Below, in pieces: positions 16,975 to 24,680 of a stretch of DNA of 24,680 bases. The DNA comes from Candidatus Baldrarchaeum yapensis. Lineage in GTDB: Archaea > Asgardarchaeota > Baldrarchaeia > Baldrarchaeales > Baldrarchaeaceae. The stretch lies in contig JAEOSH010000030.1 in assembly GCA_016840465.1 (NCBI GenBank), positions 1 to 24,680 on the forward strand, given 5' to 3'. How positions within the stretch are numbered: the stretch's first letter is position 1; every line of letters starts with the position of its first letter. Under the pieces are notes generated by a model that worked only from the letters and a program-made list of their open reading frames with translations, had not been told where the DNA came from and searched no databases. The position numbers and the translations under genes were made by a program.

Positions 16975-18023
16975 TGTCGCATGGGGGAGTTATTGTGGAT
17001 CCGATGAATGTTCTTGAAAAATTGCTTGAGAGAGTAAGGATAAGCTTTTTGGAGGCGTACCAGATTGCAAGAGCAATAATTGATGGCAAATTTGACGAGA
17101 CAATTATTGCAGCGTTGCTTGTAGCACTTAGAGCGCATGGTGAGACTCCTGATATAATAGCGGGATTTGCTAAGGCTTTGCGCGAAGCTAGTTTGAAGGT
17201 AAATACGAGAGGGCTAAGCCCGATAGATACAGCTGGTACAGGAGGTGATGGTTTCCACACGATAAACGCTTCCACAGCAGCAGCGCTCGTAACTGCGAGT
17301 CTTGGCGTTCCTACGCTTAAACATGGAAACAGAAGTGTAAGTAGTCGGAGTGGGAGTGCCGATTTCTTAGAAGCACTAGGTTATAAAATAGATCACGGGC
17401 CGCATGAGGCCGAGTTCATGTTACGGAAAGTAGGTTTTGCCTTTCTTTATGCTCCAAGGTACCATCCAGCACTTAAAAGAGTGATGCCTATTAGGCGTAA
17501 GCTTGGTATAAGGACGATTTTCAACCTCATAGGTCCTCTCGCGAATCCAGGTAGTATTCGAATTCAAGTGTTGGGAGTTGCAAGCCCTAAACTTTTAGAA
17601 GTAATGACAACAGCTGCCTTGATGCTGAACTATGATAGAGTCCTTGTGGTTCATGGAAAACCGGGAATAGATGAGGTTAGTATCAGTGGGGAAACTGAAG
17701 TTTTCGAATTGAGGAGGAAATCTTTGGACAGGTATACGATATCACCGGAAGATTTGGGTTTACGTAGATATAGAATTGAGGATTTACGCGTATCGTCGCC
17801 TAATGAAAGTGCTAAAAGGTTCCTAGCGGTAATTAATGGTCACGGAAGCCCGGCAGACAGGGATTTTATAGCAGCAAATGCCGGGGCGGCGCTTTACGTC
17901 GCAGAACGTGCATCTGACATTCGTGATGGTGTAGAGATGGCCCTTCAGGCGATTGAAGAAGGAATAGTTGCGAAGTTTATAGATACTCTATGTGAGGTAT
18001 CGAAATATGCGGGATTGCGTTAA
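16974..18023 (+). CDS. trpD: Anthranilate phosphoribosyltransferase
   Basis: DTAGTGGDG, NASTAAA, KHGNRSVSSRSGSAD and RTIFNLIGPLANP. The true start may be GTG 16995. Confidence 0.96.
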   Translation: MSHGGVIVDPMNVLEKLLERVRISFLEAYQIARAIIDGKFDETIIAALLVALRAHGETPDIIAGFAKALREASLKVNTRGLSPIDTAGTGGDGFHTINASTAAALVTASLGVPTLKHGNRSVSSRSGSADFLEALGYKIDHGPHEAEFMLRKVGFAFLYAPRYHPALKRVMPIRRKLGIRTIFNLIGPLANPGSIRIQVLGVASPKLLEVMTTAALMLNYDRVLVVHGKPGIDEVSISGETEVFELRRKSLDRYTISPEDLGLRRYRIEDLRVSSPNESAKRFLAVINGHGSPADRDFIAANAGAALYVAERASDIRDGVEMALQAIEEGIVAKFIDTLCEVSKYAGLR

Positions 18024-18702
18024 GGTAAAGATTTGTGGAATTACTAACCATAGGGATGCGGAGTTTGTGGATGGTCGCGTTGACTATGTTGGGTTCATTG
18101 TCTCGAAGTTCAAAATTAGCCCCAGAGTGTTGACTTTAAAAGAAGCAAGAAGCCTTGCAGAGGACATTCATTATAGTCGAAGAGTACTTGTCGTACATGG
18201 TTACGATTCTAAGGCTACTCTAAACATAGCCTCAAGATTGGAAGTCTTCGAAGTTATTCAATACCATCATGCAGAAAAGTTCGAGAATTTGCTATCTCTT
18301 GCGAATGATCTTAAACTCATAGGTATGAAAGTAGCTCCTGTTGCATTGTGGAGCGGTAATGGCTGGATTTCTCAAAACCCGTATATTTTGGCCAAGTTGC
18401 CAAATTACGAGTATTTGTTAATCGATGCTATCAAGACGGGAGGACAACGGTATGAGATGGGGTTACGTGTACCCCTCAAAGTATTCCGGAAACTTTCAGC
18501 TTGCCTGAAGAAAGTGGGAGCTGCTGGAGGAATAGATCCAACAAATGTGCATTTGGTAGTTTCTACAGGAGTATACATGGTTGATGTTAACAGTGGCATT
18601 GAAAGAAGTCCGGGCCGTAAAGATCCTGTCAAGACACTTAAGTTTCTGGAGGTGGTGAGAAATGCTACCATTAAGGACAACTATTTGGGAAGAGGCTCGT
18701 AA
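18007..18702 (+). CDS. trpF: Phosphoribosylanthranilate isomerase
   Basis: VKICGIT, DYVGFI, LLIDA, AAGGI and VDVNSGIE. Confidence 0.9.
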   Translation: MRDCVKVKICGITNHRDAEFVDGRVDYVGFIVSKFKISPRVLTLKEARSLAEDIHYSRRVLVVHGYDSKATLNIASRLEVFEVIQYHHAEKFENLLSLANDLKLIGMKVAPVALWSGNGWISQNPYILAKLPNYEYLLIDAIKTGGQRYEMGLRVPLKVFRKLSACLKKVGAAGGIDPTNVHLVVSTGVYMVDVNSGIERSPGRKDPVKTLKFLEVVRNATIKDNYLGRGS

Positions 18703-19972
18703 AATTCCATTGAGTCATGCTCCAGATCCCTACCACCTGGTTGCATGGGCCGAAGAACAGACCTGTCATGTAGCGCTTCTAGAGGGATATTGTGGTCTTA
18801 GTGGTTGGTCCCGGTATACAATAGTAGCGTATGGAAAAAAGCATAAGGTTGAGGAAGAAAACCCATTTAAGGCATATAAAGCCTTAGAAAAGATTACATC
18901 GGCGAATTATAAAAGTGTACCATGTCCGGATATGGTTTTTGGCGTTGTTGGATATGAGGCAGTTGTATCAGTAGAGCCGTGGTTAGGTAGCATGTTAAAA
19001 AGACACAGATGGCCAGTAGTTATTGCATTTAAGCCGGAAGTTTTAGTAGTCTATGACAAATTACTAGGAAACGTAATAATTTATCCGGAAGATACGGATT
19101 TGGGTAAAAAGGATATAAATGGATGGAGGCCGGCACAAGGGCCAATTTACGAGACTCCAAAAGAAACCTTTGAGGAATGGGTTAAGGAAGCATTAACACT
19201 TTTGGATAAAGGAGAATTTTTGCAAATTGTGCTGTCGAGAGTTGAGCAATACGAGTATCAAGGCGAGCCACTGGCTCTCTATAAAAGACTTGCTCAGAAG
19301 AGCCCATCGCCATATATGTTCTATATGCGGTTCGATGACAGATGGATACTAGGGTCAAGTCCTGAACTACTAGTCAAAATGGAGAATGGCCGCCTAGAGA
19401 CTTGTCCAATAGCGGGTACAAGGCCCCGTGGGGTGACGCCCGAAGAGGATCTTGCGTTAGAAGAGGAATTGCTCAGAGATGAAAAAGAGATAGCTGAACA
19501 CCTTATGCTCGTAGATCTTGCAAGGAACGATTTAGGAAGGGTAGCACGTCCAGGTACCGTTAAGGTATTGAAGTTCATGGATGTAGAAAAATATAGTGGT
19601 GTACAACACATAGTAAGCCGTATTGAGGCGGATGCGCACCTAGGAGTAACATATATCGATGTACTCGCATCAATGAACCCTGCTGGAACGGTATCTGGGG
19701 CGCCTAAACCGAGAGCCATGGAGGTTATTGCCAAACTTGAGGATGAACCGCGGGGCCCTTATGCCGGTGCTGTTGGCATGTACTCAAAATATGCTGGGGA
19801 GACTGCTATAACAATACGAAGCTTGTGGAATATCGATGACAGCACAATCGAAGTAAGGGCTGGTGCAGGAATAGTTTATGATTCCAAACCGTATCGCGAA
19901 TATTTGGAAATTAAGTACAAGTTAAATGCGATATATCAGGCGCTTGGAATAAACGTGGAAAAAATTTTCTGA
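18662..19972 (+). CDS. trpE: Anthranilate synthase component I
   Basis: PSPYM, GSSPE, PIAGTRPRG, EHLMLVDLARND, PAGTVSGAPK and RAGAGIV. Confidence 0.95.
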   Translation: MLPLRTTIWEEARKIPLSHAPDPYHLVAWAEEQTCHVALLEGYCGLSGWSRYTIVAYGKKHKVEEENPFKAYKALEKITSANYKSVPCPDMVFGVVGYEAVVSVEPWLGSMLKRHRWPVVIAFKPEVLVVYDKLLGNVIIYPEDTDLGKKDINGWRPAQGPIYETPKETFEEWVKEALTLLDKGEFLQIVLSRVEQYEYQGEPLALYKRLAQKSPSPYMFYMRFDDRWILGSSPELLVKMENGRLETCPIAGTRPRGVTPEEDLALEEELLRDEKEIAEHLMLVDLARNDLGRVARPGTVKVLKFMDVEKYSGVQHIVSRIEADAHLGVTYIDVLASMNPAGTVSGAPKPRAMEVIAKLEDEPRGPYAGAVGMYSKYAGETAITIRSLWNIDDSTIEVRAGAGIVYDSKPYREYLEIKYKLNAIYQALGINVEKIF

Positions 19973-19985
19973 TGGAGGCAAAAAT

Positions 19986-20576
19986 ATGGCATATGACACT
20001 CTCGTTCTGATAATCGACAATTATGACAGTTTTGTTTATAATCTAGTTCATGTACTAGCAGAATTTGGTGCGCGTTGCATCGTTGTGCGCAACGACGAAA
20101 TATCAGTATCGGGGATAAAAAGAATAATGCCGGACCGCATAATAATATCTCCGGGTCCCGGGTCTCCGACAGTTCCTCGTGATATTGGCATATCGCTCGA
20201 AGTTGTTCGTAAACTGGGAGAAGAGGTACCAATACTAGGAGTATGTCTGGGTCATCAAGTGATAGGGATCGCATATGGTGCAATTGTAAGACGTGCTAAG
20301 AGAGTATTGCACGGAAAAATAGACAATATAGAGCACTATGGAGATAAGCTATACCGTAATGTTCCTAAGGTGTTTACTGCCGTGCGATATCATAGTCTGG
20401 TTTTAGATAACATTCCTGAGGAGTTAATAGTAACCGCTAGAAGCAAGACCGATGGTGAAATCATGGGACTGAGCCATGTGGAACATCCTATCTGGGGGGT
20501 TCAGTTTCATCCAGAGAGCATAGCTACGCCCATCGGTCCAACAATATTGAAAAACTTTCTCGACAATCCATGGTGA
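19986..20576 (+). CDS. trpG: Anthranilate synthase component II (glutamine amidotransferase)
   Basis: IDNYDSF, SPGPGSP, GVCLGHQ, RYHSL and QFHPES. Confidence 0.96.
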   Translation: MAYDTLVLIIDNYDSFVYNLVHVLAEFGARCIVVRNDEISVSGIKRIMPDRIIISPGPGSPTVPRDIGISLEVVRKLGEEVPILGVCLGHQVIGIAYGAIVRRAKRVLHGKIDNIEHYGDKLYRNVPKVFTAVRYHSLVLDNIPEELIVTARSKTDGEIMGLSHVEHPIWGVQFHPESIATPIGPTILKNFLDNPW

Positions 20577-21373
20577 AGGAAAAAATGGAACGGAAGGGCT
20601 TCTTAAGATCGGCTTTTCTGCGCAGTGTAGAGAGAATAAATTTATTAAGAAATCCACCGAGGCCGTATGGTCTTCGTAGGATTATAAAACATATAAGAGA
20701 GGTTGAGAAAAGGCCTGCAATGATAATAGAATATAAGCGTTGCGGGCCACGAGGATTTTTGAAACACTACACTCCATGGGACTACATTCGTAAAACAATC
20801 TCCATTGCCGATGCTTATTCCGTGTTAGTAGAACCGTACTGGTTTTGTGGAAGTCTAGAATTGATTCCATGGTTTGCACAATATCGCCCGGTTCTGGCAA
20901 AAGACTTTGTTGTCTCATTCCAACAACTTTTAACATACAGACAAAAGGGAGCATCGGCGGCACTTCTCATATTGGATATGCTTGGCTGGGAAATGTTAGA
21001 TGACCTATACGCTGATGCCATGGACATAGGCATTGAAGTGGTAATCGAGACGAGTAACGCAAATGATGCACTGGAGGTTATGCATAGTTACCCTAATGCT
21101 ATGATCGGGTTAAATGCTCGAGATTTAAAGACTCTTAATGTCAACTTTACAAAACTGCTAACAGAAATATCTAAAGTGGTATCTCAGAAACCGTCTAATG
21201 CTTTATTAATTGCAGAAAGTGGTATAGACTCCTTAGATAAGGCGTTGAAGCTTGCTGAACTCGGAGTGGACGGTATGCTTATAGGAACTTGGGTTATGAA
21301 AGACCCATCAACTGCATCGAAAAAACTCGTATTGCTTAAGAATAAGGAACGAAACCATGTAGAACATGGATAA
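20570..21373 (+). CDS. trpC: Indole-3-glycerol phosphate synthase (divergent)
   Basis: IIEYKR, PVLAKDF, IGLNARDLKTL, IAESGI and MLIGT; last gene of the trp operon. Confidence 0.88.
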   Translation: MVKEKMERKGFLRSAFLRSVERINLLRNPPRPYGLRRIIKHIREVEKRPAMIIEYKRCGPRGFLKHYTPWDYIRKTISIADAYSVLVEPYWFCGSLELIPWFAQYRPVLAKDFVVSFQQLLTYRQKGASAALLILDMLGWEMLDDLYADAMDIGIEVVIETSNANDALEVMHSYPNAMIGLNARDLKTLNVNFTKLLTEISKVVSQKPSNALLIAESGIDSLDKALKLAELGVDGMLIGTWVMKDPSTASKKLVLLKNKERNHVEHG

Positions 21374-21432
21374 AATTTAGAATTTAAATCGTTGAAAAAT
21401 AAGTAAGGCGAAATCTTAAACTGAAATGCTAC

Positions 21433-21720
21433 TTACTGTCTCTCTAGCACTATTTCTATCGCTGATACATTTATCTGCTTACCATCGGGAGTTGTAAGGG
21501 TTTCCGTTCCGGTCTTTATATCCTTAACTTCTAAGTTAAATCCAAGCCTCTTTCTGAGAATCTCCGCAATATCGACAGCCCTGCTTATTGCTCTTCCACG
21601 GGCTTTTAAGACTATTCTCTTTGCACCCTCATTTAGTTGTGTTATTGCAGCAAGTATGTAGCTCGATAACGGCTTCTTGCCCACAAATACAACGTTTTCC
21701 GTTGGCGCCTCTTCAGACAT
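21433..21720 (-). CDS. albA: Chromatin protein Alba
   Basis: [20 protein letters not shown] and VSAIEIVL. Confidence 0.96.
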   Translation of the reverse strand: MSEEAPTENVVFVGKKPLSSYILAAITQLNEGAKRIVLKARGRAISRAVDIAEILRKRLGFNLEVKDIKTGTETLTTPDGKQINVSAIEIVLERQ

Positions 21721-22034
21721 GTGAGTACCCCCTGGCTTGTTGTGCTACTGTAAGAGGTTATTGGATGTTCAACTGCATAGCTTTATAAAAGTTTTCGGGC
21801 ACATTTTCTCGAATTTTTGTAACGCTGATGACAGAATCCTTTTCCACACGCAGATCGAAAAGAGTGGTTCTCAGATATTTGGTATCAAAAGTGAGACACA
21901 AATGTTTATCATTGAAAAAGCCCCATATAGTCAATAAAATTATTCGGGAAAATCGGGAAAAACCATTTATGAGTATACATTGGAATTATAAAATCAATAT
22001 TTGAAGAGAGAAGAAATTACCAAAAAACCATCCA

Positions 22035-23261
22035 CTACTTCCCCTTAAATCGCTGAGCGGCACGTTTTAGAGCCTCAATCACTGGAAGTTTCTCTCCGGA
22101 GAGGAGAGCCATCATGGCACCACCACCCGTACTTATGTGGCTTATTTTTGATTCTATTCCCATTTCGACGGCTAATGCTCCAAGATGCCCCCCACCAATT
22201 ACCGAAAATGCGTTCACATTTGCAATTGCCTTGAGAATCTCATTTGTTCCACGCGAATATTGTTCCTCCTCAAATACTCCCATTGGGCCGTTTGCAACAA
22301 TGGTTTTCGCAGATCTTAGGATTTCCGCGTATTTTACTATTGTGTTTTGCCCAATATCCTTAATCCTTCCCTTTGCGGGAAGATCAGTAATTGATATTTC
22401 TTGACGAGTTCCATCAACCTCGACAGCGACATCGTCAGGGAGTTCTATGAATTCCCGATATTTGCTGAATATTTCCATTGCCATGTTGACAACTTGGTCA
22501 AACTTCCTAATTGCGCGCTTATTTTCTTCGCCTATATTGTATCCCGCTGCTATTAAGAAAACATTAGCCACTAACCCGCCAAGAATGATCTTGTCAACGC
22601 GTGAATTTTCAATTGCACTCTTCATCACCCTTATTTTGTCCTCAATCTTTGCTCCCCCGAACACAAAAACACATGGACGTTCAGCCGCCTCCAGTAATCT
22701 TTGTAAAGCCTTTAATTCCCTCTCCATAACTCTACCAGCAACTGTCGGTAATATTTCGGCAAATCCCACCAACGACGGCTGTGAACGATGCGCGGCCGCA
22801 AAGGCATCGTTCACGAAGAGGTCAAATAATGGTGCAAGCCTTCTAACGAGGTGAGTTCGCACAAGGAATTCCGGAGGTCCCTCCAATACCTCCTCCGAGC
22901 AGAATCGAACATTCTGGAGCATCAGTATTTCTCCGTTTTCTAATTCCTGAATTGCGTGTCTTGCGGCCTCCCCGATGACATCATCGACAAATTTTACTGG
23001 CCTGTTCAAATACTTTTCAAGAATTTCTGCATGTGGCTCGAGAGTTGTAAAGTCTTTCTCACCGGGGCGCCCCTGATGCGCTAATATCACAACCTTTGAA
23101 TCCTCTAATTCCTTCAACGTTGGAATTATGGCTTTGATTCTCCAATCATCTAGAATCTCCATGGTTTCTGGATTTATGGGAGAATTTATGTCAACACGCA
23201 ATAAAATACGCTTTCCTGCGGTTTCAACATCATCAAGGGTCAAAAAGTCAATCCCTCTCAT
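22035..23261 (-). CDS. pgk: Phosphoglycerate kinase
   Basis: LRVDINSP, AHQGRPG, NDAFAAAHR, GGAKIEDK, NGPMGVFE and STGGGA. Confidence 0.97.
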   Translation of the reverse strand: MRGIDFLTLDDVETAGKRILLRVDINSPINPETMEILDDWRIKAIIPTLKELEDSKVVILAHQGRPGEKDFTTLEPHAEILEKYLNRPVKFVDDVIGEAARHAIQELENGEILMLQNVRFCSEEVLEGPPEFLVRTHLVRRLAPLFDLFVNDAFAAAHRSQPSLVGFAEILPTVAGRVMERELKALQRLLEAAERPCVFVFGGAKIEDKIRVMKSAIENSRVDKIILGGLVANVFLIAAGYNIGEENKRAIRKFDQVVNMAMEIFSKYREFIELPDDVAVEVDGTRQEISITDLPAKGRIKDIGQNTIVKYAEILRSAKTIVANGPMGVFEEEQYSRGTNEILKAIANVNAFSVIGGGHLGALAVEMGIESKISHISTGGGAMMALLSGEKLPVIEALKRAAQRFKGK

Positions 23262-23420
23262 CGTTAATCCCTCGTCCTTAAGGCATTAACAAAGCGAGCC
23301 CAGGAACTCTTATAGACTTTTAGCGTTATAAAATTATCCGGCAATAAGCAGAAATAGCTTTAAACCACGAGGTTCAGAATTGGAAGCTTGAATTTCAATT
23401 TACGTACCATAGTGATAATG

Positions 23421-23566
23421 TGGTGCCGGGGCCGGGATTTGAACCCGGGACCTCCGGATCTCTCAGATGGCAACCCTATGAGTTTCACCCGCCGATCTGA
23501 TAATCGGCAACCGGCGCTCTAACCAGGCTGAGCTACTCCGGCCGCGGGTATGCCGCGGTCCCCGGC
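23421..23566 (-). tRNA. tRNA-Met(CAT), elongator type, with three introns (7/8, 30/31, 37/38) and encoded CCA
   Basis: Removing 23536-23559, 23484-23510 and 23460-23476 gives a 78-nt cloverleaf, GCCGGGG-TAGCTCAGCCTGGTTAGAGC-G-CCGGA-CTCATAA-TCCGG-AGGTC-CCGGG-TTCAAAT-CCCGG-CCCCGGC-ACCA. Each junction fits BHB geometry. Confidence 0.9.
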
Positions 23567-23840
23567 GCACTTCTGGCCCCGGCTGTAAATAGAATACCTT
23601 ATATGCGTTATAAAACTTTTCTTAGGAACTCTAAGGTAGCGATATGATATGAGAGTTCAAGTGAATGGAAAACTAGATGTAGGAAAAACGATTTCCGAAC
23701 ATCTCTTCGTTGTCCCTGTCGTTCGGCTAAAAAATCTGATACGACGAATATGAAACCATTTACTTTTTCTGCTGGATGCATGAACTAACGAAAAACTTAT
23801 TTGACACCCATAATCATATTCTACAACGTGGATAATGCGT

Positions 23841-24008
23841 GGGGCCGTAGTCTAGCCAGGTAGGACGGCAGAACCCTGGGTCTCAGGGTTCCGTTAAGGG
23901 CTCCAGAAGAGTGATCTACAACGGGTTTACCGACCGTACGGGATGAAGAACTTCTGGAGCGCTAGAGAAACCCGTTGATCGCGGGTTCAAATCCCGCCGG
24001 CCCCACCA
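23841..24008 (+). tRNA. tRNA-Trp(CCA) with two introns (28/29 and 37/38) and encoded CCA
   Basis: Removing 23870-23897 and 23907-23969 gives a 77-nt cloverleaf with anticodon arm GCGGG-CTCCAGA-CCCGT. Confidence 0.9.
23907..23969 (+). ncRNA. Intron-encoded box C/D guide RNA for C34 and C39 of tRNA-Trp
   Basis: D' CCGA (23930-33) preceded by guide CAACGGGTTT; C' GGGATGA (23940-46); guide CTTCTGGAGC followed by variant D CTAGA (23962). The D+5 rule lands on C39 and C34. Confidence 0.82.
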
Positions 24009-24028
24009 AAACTATTTCTTATACACGT

Positions 24029-24156
24029 GGGGCCGTGGTCTAGCTTGGTATGATGCCAGTGCCGTAAATCTCACGGCGGTGAAGCTTGGGACCTGGTGGA
24101 CCGGAGGACGAGTCCTCCGGGCCAAATCCCGGGTTCAAATCCCGGCGGCCCCACCA
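24029..24156 (+). tRNA. tRNA-Pro(TGG) with two non-canonical introns (30/31 and 46/47) and encoded CCA
   Basis: Removing 24060-24083 and 24100-24126 gives a 77-nt cloverleaf (CCAGG-CTTGGGA-CCTGG; variable loop TGGTC). Central helices are TGCC/GGTG and TGGT/GCCA, with 3-nt bulges. Confidence 0.9.
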
Positions 24157-24204
24157 TTCAGAAACTTTTTAAAATCTAGGAACGGGATAATAAGCCAAGA
24201 TATA

Positions 24205-24278
24205 GCCGCCGTAGCTCAGCCTGGTGGAGCGGCGGGCTTGTAACCCGCCGGTCCCGGGTTCAAATCCCGGCGGCGGCT
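24205..24278 (+). tRNA. tRNA-Thr(TGT), intronless, CCA not encoded
   Basis: GCCGCCG/CGGCGGC acceptor, GCGGG-CTTGTAA-CCCGC anticodon arm, GGGTTCAAATCCC T-arm; TATA TTTTTAAA at about 24166. Confidence 0.96.
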
Positions 24279-24505
24279 TCACTTCGTAGCTTTGTTTTTA
24301 TTTGGGCTACTGTGGAGTTCGGCTCGTCATTAATTCGGTAAAAACTCGCATCTGGATTGTGTATAGTTTTATTCTTTAAATAATGGCATTTAATTTGATA
24401 GTAGTCTCCAATGAGATGTATTTAGAAATTGCTTGAAGACATCTTCTGATGAAAATTTGCTCAGATAAACTGTGAATGTAGTATACCGATTTAGTGAGGA
24501 ATTAC

Positions 24506-24610
24506 TGGTGCGGGGGGTGGGATTTGAACCCACGCAGGCCTGCGCCAGCGGATCTTAAGTCCGCCGCCTCTGGACATCTAGCCCCATTGTCCGGGCTCGG
24601 CCACCCCCGC
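24506..24610 (-). tRNA. tRNA-Leu(TAA) with a D-loop intron (21/22) and encoded CCA
   Basis: Removing 24570-24586 (17 nt) restores the D-loop AGCCCGGACAAAGGC. Anticodon arm GCGGA-CTTAAGA-TCCGC; long variable arm. Confidence 0.92.
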
Positions 24611-24680
24611 ACTATATAACGCTACGATCTTAGCGTTAATTAATTTTTCTTAATTTTCATAAGTGGAGATGTTCAAGAAT

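Noticed and set aside
646-22854. Many antisense or alternative-frame ORFs of 60-140 aa in the ORF track
   Set aside because: They overlap well-supported genes and show no recognisable motifs, so they are treated as shadow ORFs.
23536-23542. A6-C67 acceptor mismatch in tRNA-Met as an editing site or pseudogene sign
   Set aside because: Better explained by the 7/8 intron, whose removal gives a perfect stem.
23649-23753. 34-aa ORF between the tRNA-Met and tRNA-Trp promoters
   Set aside because: Weak RBS, no recognisable motif, and a length expected by chance.
23820-23923. TCTACAACG present both in the tRNA-Trp leader and in the intron guide
   Set aside because: A single 9-mer with no clear mechanism; plausibly chance.
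24280-24505. CTGATGA at ~24446 as a possible second C/D sRNA
   Set aside because: No properly spaced D'/C'/D boxes on either strand.

Overview
Archaeal chromosomal window, probably a TACK-type lineage with PolD such as Bathyarchaeia (inference from Alba, Orc1/Cdc6, a DP1-like gene, a crenarchaeal-style trp operon and multi-intron tRNAs). Left to right: the 3' part of a GC-rich ISH3/IS4-type transposase; phoU; a DUF429 nuclease coupled to a DP1-like gene with a degenerate exonuclease motif; orc1/cdc6; an HTH-CBS regulator; a likely replication origin (three ORBs, an AT-rich core, two other palindrome families and three small genes); a nitroreductase-RHH-RHH-SCP2 operon; hypF; a class III aminotransferase; a DUF355 gene; a box C/D sRNA; trpA-B2-D-F-E-G-C; alba; pgk; and five tRNAs carrying eight inferred BHB-type introns. 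The main signal is an RNA-processing system. (1) A double-guide C/D sRNA at 14529-14586 pairs through both guides with the pre-tRNA-Leu gene 10 kb away, one guide on its D-loop intron and the other on wobble position 34. (2) tRNA-Met has a cryptic third intron at 7/8 that mimics the acceptor strand. (3) The tRNA-Trp intron encodes a C/D guide for C34 and C39. A 16-bp GC-rich motif also occurs three times around the origin. All calls were made by eye, without database searches.
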